A stretch of 64,000 nucleotides of DNA from the NCBI RefSeq assembly GCF_026571515.1, contig NW_026856555.1, positions 62,001 to 126,000 on the forward strand, read 5' to 3'. This document shows, piece after piece, positions 37,110 to 50,010 of the stretch; within the stretch, counting starts at the first letter, position 1, and each line of letters begins with the position of its first letter. Origin of the DNA: Ruditapes philippinarum (lineage: Eukaryota). A model generated the notes under the pieces. The model did not search any database. It had not been told where the DNA came from and saw only the letters and a program-made list of their open reading frames with translations. A program made the position numbers and the translations under genes.

Positions 37110-39930
37110 AGAAATGAATTTATATTTAATGACAATATGTTACAGTTGTGCGTGATTTTCCACTTAATTAAATATGAATTGTTAGAAATGTTATCAAAGA
37201 GTGTTACATATTCGTATGTGATTTTAAATGTACCAAAATACCGACAGCAGCCAAAAATTCATTTTTATCATCGCTTAAAGGTCTGATTTAATTACTAGTA
37301 CATGTAGTTAAATACACGTCGTTAAGTAACTTTCAGAATTTATTAAAGTTGAAAAGAATATTCGAGAAAGTATCAAGATGTTATAAGTTACTTAACGTTA
37401 GAAGTACAACTTCATCTGTTTACTTTATTTACGTAATATTTATCTCATATATCTTGGTAAGACTTGAGTTGTTTCCCTTCAACTAAGAGACACGTTTTCA
37501 AAATAGATCTAACTGCATGTACATCTTGTATATGGAAGAAGATATATCTATAAGTCATTTTTCAAAGTTCACAGTATTATATTGTAAATATTTTAAAAGG
37601 TACGTACCTTTGCTAATCACCAATTACAACATAAAAAGCTTCAATTTAAAAAATTTAGTTTGACATGAGACGAAGATTTTTGTTTATTCAGAAATATGCA
37701 TTTTTGTATTAATAAAATGCAATGTGACGACAGAATTTTTGGTTGATTGAAAAATCAAGTGTTGTTACAATAATTAAATTCTAGTTTCCTTCGTATATAG
37801 TATTTAATTAAAAGTTAATTAAGCGTATACGATAATCACTGAGTACGTTATTGTCATTTTTGTAATATAGTAAAAATATATAATATGCCATTATTATTAC
37901 TTTAAGTGTAATATCGTATAGGAATTTTAGAGTCGCCATAATAAACTTTTGTACCTTTTACGAAGCAGATACAAGCTTGTCAACCGCTAAATACAAAATA
38001 TATATTGTTGGAAAATAGCATAAGTAAATAAAATATATGAAGTGTTTTTTATACATGAAGCCGTGAAAATGATCAGCTAGCTGTATACTATTGCCAGCAT
38101 AATTGTGCAAGATGACCGGTATGCGACACGAGATATAAGCTTTTTATAATCTCTATTATGATTTTACATGCATAAAAAAATCTTCTCTTTTTCATGCATA
38201 TATAAGAGGTTACTTTCAGTGTGATTGATCATAAAAAAAAAATTCTACGGCCATTCCCACTGTACCTCTCTGCTCTGGCATAAACTTAAGTTATCAGTTC
38301 CTTGCGGAGGTAAAGGCAATTAGTGGACAGTCTGCCCATGAACGATGTGGTGGCTGAAATACTCTCTGGTAAATTCAATGTGGCTTACTGCCGTGACCTG
38401 GAGTGAAAACTACTAACACTTACACCAGACATATACATTGTTATGGTGTGACTTTTTTCTATACAATTGCTTTTTTCATATTTGAAATTGCAATAACAGG
38501 AAATCTACTGTAAGTGTTGATCGATGCCGCATATAATTTATATAAATCGTAAGTAGGTAGGAGGGGGAATTGCCACATTCTTTTGCGTTTGTACTAATGT
38601 TAAATTGGTACAAATTATTTGCACGTTCTGATATGTTCAATACAGCAAGACTAAAATATTATTTATAGAACAAAGTTCTTTATATAAGCACGGTTTAACA
38701 AAGCTATAAAGTGAAAACAAATATTGAAACAAAAATGCGCAATTATTATTACAATAGTTACTTGAATTATGTATCTGAATCTGAAACCATGTAATAAAAT
38801 GTCAGCATTTCATTTGATAAAACCTTCATTTTTTCATATTGTTCTATTTATTTGTTAAACAACATAAACGAATTATTATAGTTAAATACTTCAATGTCGT
38901 TAGAATTAATTCATTACAAATTTTATCTGCACGCCTCTTGAATACCTTGATATTGATGCATTTGTTGTTGTAATTCGTGTAATTCGTATCATTGGAGATA
39001 ATTAAAAAACAGAAAAACTGAAAATTATAGACCAGCTTGAGTGAAAAAAGGTGAAATTTTGAATTTCACGATTAAATAAACAACAACAAATCAATAACAA
39101 CAAAAGTGTTAATCATTTATAGTAAAATTGTTCGTCTGCCAAATTTTCATTTACGTATTAAACAGAATGACCAGAATGTGTATGTTGAAGCGTAGTTTTT
39201 GTATGTTGCTGTTTCATATTAAATATTATTTACATTTTACATGACTGGAAGATATCAATGTTCATTGCAGAGTTGACTTTCTTTTATCTTTAAGAACTAA
39301 ATTTCGATCGATAAACGAAGTGAAAGACGTATGTTATAATAACATATAGGAATGCAGACAGAATGAAAACTGTATTTTACAATTTAATTTAATTCTACTT
39401 GATCTTAATTTCAAAATTCACATTTTTTAACTCTTTTGAAATGTCAAACAAGTGTTTAATAATGTTCAAATAATGAATTAAGTGCATGTTAGATGATTTA
39501 CAACTGAAAAAAGTAGTGCTTAACATGCAGTTATGTGTCGTATTGGTAGCAAAACGTAAATAAAGTGCTAGTATTTTGACTCTCATACAAAATACTATTT
39601 CACTATAATTATTACCAACAGAACTAATAGTACAAAAGATAGTTCATGTATATCGCAAATGAGCATGTTTTTTGAAACTGTAACAAGATACCAAAAATAC
39701 GCTGTTTGTTTTCAAAAATAAAAATGATATCAATTCTGAGTATTTTGAGCGAAAAATGGAGTTCATCGATCACTTTTTCAAGTTATCTCCCATAAACTTG
39801 AATTATCTAGTAAATATTTAAAGACATGTAAATAGTAATACTTAAAATTCTAAGATTATGGTATTTTAAAGAAATAGACATTTTCTTTTATTTTACTGTT
39901 TGTTATGATTAGCATTACAAGAACACAACT

Positions 39931-40147
39931 TTTGTTTGTTTGTTTGTTTGTTTGTTTGTTTGTTTGTTTGATTCATTTTACGCCTTTTCCCAACAGTATT
40001 TCAGTCATATAGGCGGGTATAGTTTCCGGAGAGTAACACCAGTACTAGACTACCTTCCTCCGCGCTAAACTACCAAAGCATCTCCCGGGGATCGAACCCA
40101 CGCAAGAGAGGTAACTGGATTGGAAGTCATCGACTCTAACAACTTTG
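39931..40147 (-). mobile_element. Degenerate tRNA-derived SINE (family B) with (AAAC)n tail
   Basis: The minus strand has GGGTTCGATCCCC (box B) near 40085-40098 and ends in an (AAAC)n tail; the body differs from family A. Confidence 0.6.
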
Positions 40148-41201
40148 TTGCACAATAGTATATAATAACCAGATAAAAAATGTATTTACTTTTATTACAC
40201 AATCAAGGATCTAAAAAGATATAAAAAGATATGAAAGAGATTATTTTATTCCGCCAGATTAGAGTCATGCAGTCTTGCCTGGCTAGAATGTAAACTGTTG
40301 GCTGACCAACTTGATAAAATGGATAATGGACATGTCCATTTAAGAACAGCAAGAGGTGAATTGTTTATCATGTATAAAATAGCTGAGTTGTCGTGCAAAA
40401 TATTGACTCGTTTATAAATTAAATTGATCTTTATTATATACACGAGGACTACTGCAAATGAATGTTGAATTATTACACGCCCACATTCATGCAATTGCCG
40501 TTCCCATTACAAGTGAAATGACTATATTATCATTTGCAATCATATTAAAACATCACGTAATAAAGAGAAACCAAAGATCCTGTATCTTGATGAACTTTGA
40601 TGACAACTTTACTTCAATATCCGTATGGGTCATAATGTATTAGATGACTATCATTATTTTGAATGCAGTGTTTTCTTTGCAAATTTATTAAGAAGGCATT
40701 CTTTTTAATCTTTTAACATTCCAAACACTCTACCTGAATTACACAATATAGCTTCTAGTAATGTTAAAAAAATATATACTTAACCCATTCAAAATAAATT
40801 TTACAGTCTTTAAGACATACTTACTTATTATTGTACGGAGAAAATGTTTCGTTATTATACATTTTGACTAAGTATCCATGACATTTCTACTTTTATGTAA
40901 AATTATACAGTCGGTACACAATTTCTAAGTCTTTTAAAACAAATTTAGATCAACTAGTTTATTCAATTATTTCATTTTTCGCTAATTGAAGTTTTTTCAA
41001 GACAATTAACTGGAATCATAAGGGGATGAAACAGAAGCGTTATAATATTTATTCGTTGAATGGAGTCATGACTAACATCTTAAAATGATACCAATACTAC
41101 ACTTTACTTGAAAAATAATCACATACATAAAAAAATTTATTGCAAACATGTTCGACATTATTCCGGTATGTGCTTGATCTCCGTATATTTATAGTTTTTT
41201 A

Positions 41202-42272
41202 TCAAACTATATATTTTGAAAGACTTTCCAAATGACTGGATGACAGAGATTGCATATCCTTATCTTTTGATTGCTGCCTTTTCAACATACGCTTGTACAA
41301 TTCTCTGTACCCGAGACCGTATCTTAAAAATGGAATCTCTGGCGACTCTTTTGAAAATGATGAAATGAACCCCGAACGCTTTTTCTCTGTCACATGAACA
41401 AAAGAATCACTCTCAATCTTTGGGAGAAAAGTTGGAATACTTTTCTTATTTATCACTATTGTTTCTGTTTTGGACTTTACACAAGTAGATGTTTTAGCTA
41501 TCTCCGGGTCTCTGGCTTGTACTTGTGTTTCTAAAACCTCCAACTTAGAAATAAGCCATTTGTTTTTATTTTTTAATTTATCTAGTAAAGTTTTAAGCCT
41601 TGCATTTTCACTTTCGAGAGTTTTAAGTCTCTCAGAACTGGTTATGACCACCAGCTTGTCTAATGGGTCTTTGTATTTTACTTTATCTGTTTTGACATTT
41701 CGAAAACAATCTACATCTTTTACATAATGTCTTAACATTTTAACTTCATCTTCCAACCTTTTAATCCGATCCTTATACGTCTTTACTTCTTTCTTTATAT
41801 TTCGATTACTTTCTCTATTATTTTCATAAATTCTTAGCTCTTTATTCTCATCTGTTAATTTTCTTATTTTCTCTTTATTCCGAATATCCTCTTCTTTAAG
41901 TCTATTTCTCTCTTTAGAAACTATATCATAAGGTTCGTTATAAATATCAACGTCACTTCCATTTCTTTCGTATTTATCCCGCAACCCTTCTATTTCCGAC
42001 TGTGATTCCTCAAATGTTTTAAGTAAAGAAATAGTACCATTTTCTAACTCCTTAATGCGCTTTCTGTAACCATCCTCCGATATTTCTAGTTCCTCGATCT
42101 TACGTTTGTACTCTTCCTCCAAGTTAAGCATTTCCAAACGTTCCTTGCATATATCCTCATACCACAATATAAATCTTTCTTCCGCTTCTTTGTCAGAGAG
42201 TCCAGTTCTCGTTTCAAGCATATCAAGTTCACGATGAAGATCATCTGTGCTATCATTATAATCCTGTTCCAT
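41202..42272 (-). CDS. Uncharacterised coiled-coil protein CC4 (356 aa)
   Basis: First ATG at 42272 (MEQDY); acceptor gtatttttttaacag| at 42381; has WYEDICKERLEMLNLEEEYKRKIEELE and PYDIVSKERNRL modules; shares S.KEAE.RF.LWYE.I with CC5. Confidence 0.85.
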   Translation of the reverse strand: MEQDYNDSTDDLHRELDMLETRTGLSDKEAEERFILWYEDICKERLEMLNLEEEYKRKIEELEISEDGYRKRIKELENGTISLLKTFEESQSEIEGLRDKYERNGSDVDIYNEPYDIVSKERNRLKEEDIRNKEKIRKLTDENKELRIYENNRESNRNIKKEVKTYKDRIKRLEDEVKMLRHYVKDVDCFRNVKTDKVKYKDPLDKLVVITSSERLKTLESENARLKTLLDKLKNKNKWLISKLEVLETQVQARDPEIAKTSTCVKSKTETIVINKKSIPTFLPKIESDSFVHVTEKKRSGFISSFSKESPEIPFLRYGLGYRELYKRMLKRQQSKDKDMQSLSSSHLESLSKYIV

Positions 42273-42989
42273 TTTCTTCCTTCTAGAATAGGTCTGTCTA
42301 CCCTGTAGTTTCGAACTTATTCGATATTTTAATAAAGCACAAGTTTTAACTCCAATCAATTTCTTCTGTTTGTTATATGCCTGTTAAAAAAATACACGCA
42401 TATTAATACATGTCCCTTGTTGTAAAATGGGTATACCGTTTCTGTTCATCGTTCAACTAAAGACTGTTTTATAATAAGGATTAATGTTTTGCTTTTACAA
42501 ATATTTTGATATAATTTAAAATTTCTCAATTAACTGATAAAATCATTTGATTTTATGAATAAAATGATAACAATTTGAATACACCTTAAACCTTGCAAAA
42601 ACAAAAAATATTTGCATTATATCTATTTATGTAGGAGAATGTTGTATTGATGTAAAATCCGTTAATTTTAACAAAGTGTGCTATTTGCCCTTTAAAGTCG
42701 CTTCCTATCGGTCTATTTACCAATAGCAAAAAAACAATAATTTACGGAAACAGTCTAAAGTCACGGACACTCGATTAACTGGAATCAATAGCGCTATTGT
42801 GATTGTTTAAATTTCAGCATGCTTTCAATTCGTTGACCAATTCATATCAACAACAAGGCTAAACTATGTAGATGACCCAATTTCTTGCGAATATTTTGTC
42901 CTCTTAGCTTGCATGCGTTAATTGTAAAATCTTTTGTTAATACAACAATAACTTTTGTGATAGAAATAATAGAAATTCTGATAAATATA

Positions 42990-43700
42990 TTAGTAACCCT
43001 CCTGTGAGCATATTAACACGCCTGTAAATATGACAATAACACTCCTGTGAATATAACACTACCCCCTGTTGTGAATAAGGGAATACCCAACTGTGAATAT
43101 TAACATTAACATTCCCGAGAACATTTCAATGACATTCCTGTGAATGTGAGAATTTCACATTTGTGAATTTGTCACTACCCCCTTCTATGAATATAATCAT
43201 TGTAAAATTCCTGTAAATGTAATGATAACACTCCTGTGAAGATTATACTACACCCTTCTGTCGAGATAACTAGTATAACACGCCTGTAAATCTAACAACA
43301 ACACTCCCGTGAATACCACACTACCCCCTCCTGTGTATTAAGCAAAAAAACTACTTTGAATATAAGAATAACGTTCTCGTGGACATATCAATAACACTAC
43401 TCTGAATATGACAATCACACTCTTGTGAATATAGCACTAACTCCTCCTGTGAATATAACAATAGCACCGAAGATAATATAACAAAACTTTATGTGAACAT
43501 AGCAATACCTTCTTCTGAATGTAACAATTCCCTCCAGACATGTGAATATAACAATTAACTCCCATGAGTATAACAATAACACTACTGTGAAAAATGCAAT
43601 ATCGTTGCCGTAAAACATAGTAGAACATGATAAAAAAAAGCAGTAAAACATTATGTGAACAAAGCCAAACACTATTTTAATCAAACAATAACATTATTGT
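42990..43700. repeat. Degenerate ~21-23-bp minisatellite (CTCCTGTGAATATAACAATAACA-like)
   Basis: Roughly 30 decayed units with recurring ctgtgaatat. Confidence 0.85.
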
Positions 43701-45176
43701 TATTATCCTTTTGTGAAAATATGAAATCCCGTCTGGAAAAACTTATATATACCTCTAGTGAACATAGTGGGTCAAAATTTGTAAAATAAACAAAACAGTT
43801 TTTGTTCCGCTGTAGCTAACAAAATGTTAACCTACATCATTATGTTAATTTGGGGCCTTGAAAATCTAAGTGGTATATTTTTCAAATATAAGTAACGATT
43901 TAGTGTTGATATAATTTAGTTTAAAGGCCATTGTCAAATAGTTTTGTTTTATTTCGCACGCAATGTTTCCTTTCTCTGAATGAGTCAACTTATATCTTAA
44001 GGACACCATTGACGTAGAATGAATAGAAACCACTTATAGAGGATTTTAGATAGCGAGTGCGGCGTTTTATACATCCATTCCATAATTGTTTTATGTATTT
44101 AACTCATTGTTCAATTTTAATGACCTGTTAATTACGCATGCATCATAAAGCGCTCAGAAAACTTTGATAAAATACATTTATTTTGCGAGAATAAATATGG
44201 AAAAAAACATGTTTATATCTCACATGATAGGCGCAAACAAAGAATCACAACAGAATATATTGCAAATTAGGAAAAAATAGGCCTTTAATTACAAAAGTTG
44301 ATGGTTTTACGTCGTTAGTTCGAGTCTAGTAACAATTGTCACAGTTTAATTTATCTCATTGATCGTTATACATCTATAAAGAAGTTTAAAGTGATTTGAG
44401 AAATAATTTGTTTTAGCAATAATAGCGGTGTAAAACATACAATACCCGGTACAGTGAGGGTCGTCTAACCAATAAATTGATCATATATAAATTATCCAGA
44501 ATCATTTGCTAAACGATATTCTTCGTTATGTACGATAATAAGATCAATAAACACTATGAAAATATAAACATAACTAAATACATGTTAATTGTCCAGACAA
44601 TTGTCACAACGACACCAATCCTAGTGGGACTTTGACATATGCATTGCTTAACCCCTAGTAGGGGATCTGCACTGCAAAGCCAAGCGGAAAGTTAAATCTT
44701 CCCTAAATCAATCCTCATATTCCCGACTATTCCAATGCCAGATACAGAAACAAAACTGTCTCATTGACACGTCATTTCGGGCTTAAGGGATAAAAAAAAA
44801 TTCGGCTTATTTTCCCTACTTCACTTCACTTCCCATTCACTTCCATCGGGTTGGAAACTGGTTTTTTAATTGATTAGCGCATATATTTTAATGGTTTTTA
44901 GCTGACATAATTACATTGTTTATCAATATATTTTTTTTTCTTGGTTCTTCTTCGAGTTTCTTTGTTCTGTTTAATTTGGATTGATTAAACCGGGAAATGA
45001 ATTTATACATAATATCATTGTAATTGATAAATTGTATTTGAATACTCTAATGATAGTTTGCATCTTATTCACTTAATCAAATGTTCATAACTTCTTATAA
45101 AACCAAAGGGGTAAAGTATCAAGTTGTAATTGTCTTTGTCTCCCAAGGATCATTTGTTTGAGTTTATGTTTGGGTG

Positions 45177-45330
45177 TTAGAAGGTCAGTGGTCTACTCAG
45201 GTACATGCTTCTGTCTTAAATAATGGAAGAAAAAGAGGTACATGCGTCTTCTTTTTCCTCTTAAGCTTGAAAGTCGCCATATGACATTGACAGCGTCTGT
45301 ATGATTTAGAACTTAAAGCCAATAAAACAG
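45177..45330 (+). mobile_element. 3' fragment of SINE family A
   Basis: aaggtcagtggtctactcaggt...aaagtcgccatatgac matches the SINE core and tail. Confidence 0.55.
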
Positions 45331-45680
45331 AAAATGTTTGAAGTTACATATAGACCATCCCTTTCTAGAATAACTTATTGTAAACTAGACTCAGTTTCAT
45401 ATCTATAATATGCCTACAATAAAAGTAATGAATAGTTAAATAGTAAAATAACAGTGTTCTATTATTCTATTGTTGAATTTAATAGCCATCACGAGATATA
45501 TGATAGGGAATTTTGCGAGTCTCTTGTTATTGTGTTATTTCGCGCGGATAGATTTACTGAAGATATAAGATACGATATGATAAAACAAGGAGCAATGTAG
45601 ATTGTGTTTGTTTAACCACGTATAAATCCTATAAGATATGTGCAGTTAAAGTTGTTTCTCTAACAGAGATATTGATCAAG

Positions 45681-46604
45681 ATGGACATTGTTTCAAATGT
45701 AAAATCAAAAGAAAACAGTGTAGAAGATAATGAAAATATTGTTCAAAATAATAAGAAAGATAATACAGAAAAATTGAATAAAGATGACAACGAACACAAT
45801 AACGGAACAGATGATAAGATATCGCAGCAAAATATGAAAGTGTTGCATGATTCGGATGTTGAATGTCAATCAAGCGAAGAAGAAAACATTGAAACAATAA
45901 GCGGAAAGGAAGCGGAGACTAGATTTTTGCTTTGGTATGAAGGCATACAACGTAGGGAGGAATGGTACAAAAGACGAATTGAAGAATTGGAAAAACTTGA
46001 GGAAAAATATAAACAAACAATTGCAACTTTAAAAAACAATGATGAAAAATTACAACAGAGATACTCTAAGGCGTTAATTGAAATCAAAGTGCTAAGAAAA
46101 AAGAACATGCTGCCTTCAGATGATAAGGAATTCGTGGAATCTTATATATCCCTGTCTGCTGAAAGAGAAAATTTAATTATATCTTCTCGTGAAAATAGTG
46201 ACACGATCAAAAAGCTTAAAAAGGAAATGCTTACTATGAGAACGAGGTTAAATTCAAATCATGCAAGAAACCCTGCACTTCGAAGCGTTTCAACTCAAAC
46301 AAAAATGGACAAGTTTCCAACACATTACTCACAGAGTGTCAAAACTGAAACTGATGGAAATAACACTCTCCTGAAACATCAAGTTAGTGAAGCGAAACAA
46401 TTTGGAGGAGGACAAATTGTCAGATCTAAAGCAAACTTTACTTATTCAGCCTCGTATTCAAACGAAAAAGTACAGGGAAAAGAAAGAAGGGAGCAGGTTA
46501 TTGAAAATAACGTTAGGAGAAATCGGCAAAGAAACAAAGAAAGTGAACCGATTTATTTTCCAGATATACGACAGAAGCCAGATCACATGATGTGGAGATA
46601 TTAA
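45681..46604 (+). CDS. Uncharacterised coiled-coil protein CC5 (307 aa)
   Basis: ATG 45681 follows acceptor tttctctaacag| (45666); ISGKEAETRFLLWYEGI..YKRRIEELEKLEEKYKQTI aligns with CC4. Confidence 0.85.
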   Translation: MDIVSNVKSKENSVEDNENIVQNNKKDNTEKLNKDDNEHNNGTDDKISQQNMKVLHDSDVECQSSEEENIETISGKEAETRFLLWYEGIQRREEWYKRRIEELEKLEEKYKQTIATLKNNDEKLQQRYSKALIEIKVLRKKNMLPSDDKEFVESYISLSAERENLIISSRENSDTIKKLKKEMLTMRTRLNSNHARNPALRSVSTQTKMDKFPTHYSQSVKTETDGNNTLLKHQVSEAKQFGGGQIVRSKANFTYSASYSNEKVQGKERREQVIENNVRRNRQRNKESEPIYFPDIRQKPDHMMWRY

Positions 46605-47048
46605 AGATATTGACAAAACAAATATGAAAAAAGATTTATGTCCATAAGGGAGATAACAACTGAACCTGACAAAAAAATCAGTGTGATATCAATTTGAAAA
46701 AAAAGTGTTCATGGTTTTGTTGTATATGAACCCATACTAGCCTGGAAATAACTTTTAGATAGACATACATTTAGCAAAAAATCGTCCTACTGGCTAGGGA
46801 TAAGTGATTCTACAATAAAGCATGTATGTCATTCGATTTCTATTCATCTTGATCACATATATACGGCTCCGTATAAAACGGGTTTTAACGACCCTGCATA
46901 TATTTTGATTTGACGTGCAAAAACATAGCGTAAAGACGCGCTAAATGTTAGCGTCATTCTATAATCACATCAATAATAAAGTTATACATTTTCATCATTT
47001 TGGATATGTGATAAACAGAATACTACCGTGTAGCTTCATTACTAAAAT

Positions 47049-47127
47049 TTATTGAACTCGTTGAATTAAAGATTCTTCTGCTCGCCAGGGGCTCGCATGA
47101 TATAATTCTATTGGACTCGTTCAATAA
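47049..47127. repeat. Imperfect hairpin module
   Basis: ttattgaactcg...gctcgccaggggctcgc...ggactcgttcaataa. Confidence 0.55.
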
Positions 47128-50010
47128 CTTCATTATTAATCAATCATTATATCTTTAAGACAAAATAGAATAAACATGCCAATAAAGCTGTTAGCCGATT
47201 ACATGGTAATGTAAAATGAATATTTTTCTGATTACTAGGGAGTGTGGTAAATGTTAGTATTAGACACTATTATTATATCAAACTAGATGATCCTAAGAAT
47301 ATCTTCAATTAGACTTTATGGTTATGGCTTTTGGCCTAGCTTTATACATGTACTGGTTGAAAAAGCTGCTATAGGTTATAAGCTCAACAAACCCTAGAGA
47401 TGCTATTATTTCATACAGATATATTTAATTTTATTTTGTTTTTAAAACTTGTTTTTTTTTTATTTGACACGAATGATAAAAGAATAAAAAGCTGAACAAA
47501 AAGGTTTTGTTTAAAAAATAATCGAAACACTTCTCCCAGTATGATATCAGATACATAAATCTGTTTCCCATTGTATATGTAAATGGTTTATAGCACATTG
47601 TTCAAATAATGTTAAAAAGTATTAATAATTCAGACGAGTCTATGAAAACAACCGATTACATGCCTGACAATAAATGTTAAAACCGCTGGTGGCAGGAGCC
47701 TGTAGAGCTATTTTATCTAAATCAATGGAGCCAATAAAAAATATTGAATAGAGCACTGATATAGACGTACAATGATTTTTAAATGAGGGATTGACGTGGT
47801 GATTAGGAGCTCTGTTACAGATAAATTGACTATAAATATTTGAGAATACGCCTTTGGTAGTTTTAAAAAGAGAGGATTTTGTAAAATTGATTCATAATTA
47901 ATTCATTTGTCGCTTGAAATTCAAAGCAACTTTTGATTGTTTGAGTTGTTTGCAATAATTTTCTGTGAATTAAAATCTTTATATCAGTGATTTCGTTAAA
48001 TTTCAATGTTAAATATTTTCAGACATTAACGTAAATGTAATAAAAACGTTTTACGTACGCTGCATATTTGTTCATCAATGCAATGTTGAATAAAGTTTAT
48101 AAAACATTTAAAAAATGCAAAACGTGCATAAAACGTCGAATGCCACTACAGCCCACAATCTATTGGTAAGGTAAAACTCCATTTTGATACTAGGGATAGT
48201 GGTTTCGAGCCCTACTCGGAACAGTTCAGAAACAAGTATAAATTAATTTAGGATGCTTACTGATTTATATCAAATACTTTGTAAAATATACATAAATCCG
48301 GTTAATACCGGCAAGTACATACTATCTCCCATGCATAGATATTATCTTTTCTTCGACCTCATGTCATTCTTTGATATAAAAATTAAAGATGATTAGAAAA
48401 ATCATTTTCTTGAATAAATAAATATCTTAGAAATAAGCTCTATAACATGACTGTTGTGTGGCCTTAACTAAATTATATATCTGAAGTACTTAAAAAAGCA
48501 ATTTTGAAATCTGAGTTGGAGTCATCAGTGGGTCACAATAATATTTCTTATTTGAAACCAGTGCTGGTATGACAGAAGCTGATTCAAAAGTTATTTGAAC
48601 AAAATACAACATTCCTTTCAGAGCTAAATATGATGAAAGAAAAAACATAAGTCTTCCATCACGTCAGTTTGCGATTATATGCCTAGTATGTGTGTTATTT
48701 GTATTTGCTTTGTACTGCTTTGCTTTACAGTTTTACTTATTATGTTACCTTGAATAAATATAGAAATAACTGCTTCAATAATTTGTTTGCAAAGCATGAT
48801 ACGCTCTTGATGAAAATAAATGGTAATTTCGATTCCTCGGGAAAAAATCAAGTTATTTCCCTTTGAACATTTTAATGTATTCAATGTTTACTATTAATCA
48901 GTTTTCACCACTTTTTATTTCACTTATTTACAAACATGATCGGTATATTGTTTTAAAGAGTAGCACTATAAACTTGAATAAATAAATATAATACACTCAA
49001 CAGATACGTTTCAAAATTGAACAGAAAAAAATACAATGCAATCAAAGATCGAAAGAGTGATTCCATTCAAATTGTTTGCTGACATTTTGTCTAAATGAAA
49101 GGAGTCATGTTTCAATTTTTTAAACAAAATGGCGTCATGCACTTGATTTTAATTTTGCTTCATGAAGTTTTCCTTTTATTTATATTTTAAAATTTTACAA
49201 GGATTCTTAATTCAAGGTTTGTCGACAATATACTTAATTATCAATTAGAATGATTACCTCATAATGAACTTGTTCATCAAAAGCCGAAACATTAGGGAAT
49301 TATTCAAGCCACGGATACTGCCACAATGTTACAGTAGTCGCTGACCATAAAGGATCGCTAAATATCGTAAGTGAAAACACTTAGTAAATAACAAATTGAA
49401 TTATTCAATTTGATAAAATAAATTTATGATATTTTACTTTTTTAAAATGATGCTATGATACACAAAAAGCAAAAAAAATCAGTAAGTTAAATGGAAAGAA
49501 ATGAATACGCGCATATGATATTAATTCGTATAAATTTTCGCTAAAAGTTTTATAATGCATTATTGCATTCCTTGCTAATTAGTAGTTTAGTTTAAACATC
49601 GTTTATTTCAAACAAGTATACACATTCACAGAACCGTTAGGTGGTACTTACATAGATCTTATCCTAATATTAATTTGCTAAATAATGGCAGTGTGTAAAT
49701 GTATGTACATGTACTTGAATATGTTAAAAATTACGGTGAGTTAATTTTTAATTAGAAGAATTTTTATGTTGTATACAAAACATATGAATATACATTTGGT
49801 TGGCAGAACTTGTTAATACTTAGTAACGACTTACATATAAAAGTCGCTTTCAAAACGGTATTATATTCCTGTGATATAAAGTGGTGAATGTCAGCGTAAT
49901 TTTGGCATTATCTGAACTAAATGAAAAATGTGTTTTATAGAACTTTATGCATGTATTGTATCTCGTGTTTTTTCTTGTTATATTTCAGGATTGTTAACAG
50001 AGATTAAAGT

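Noticed and set aside
43415-43684. Hydrophobic ORFs between CC4 and CC5
   Set aside because: They lie within the 21-23-bp minisatellite.
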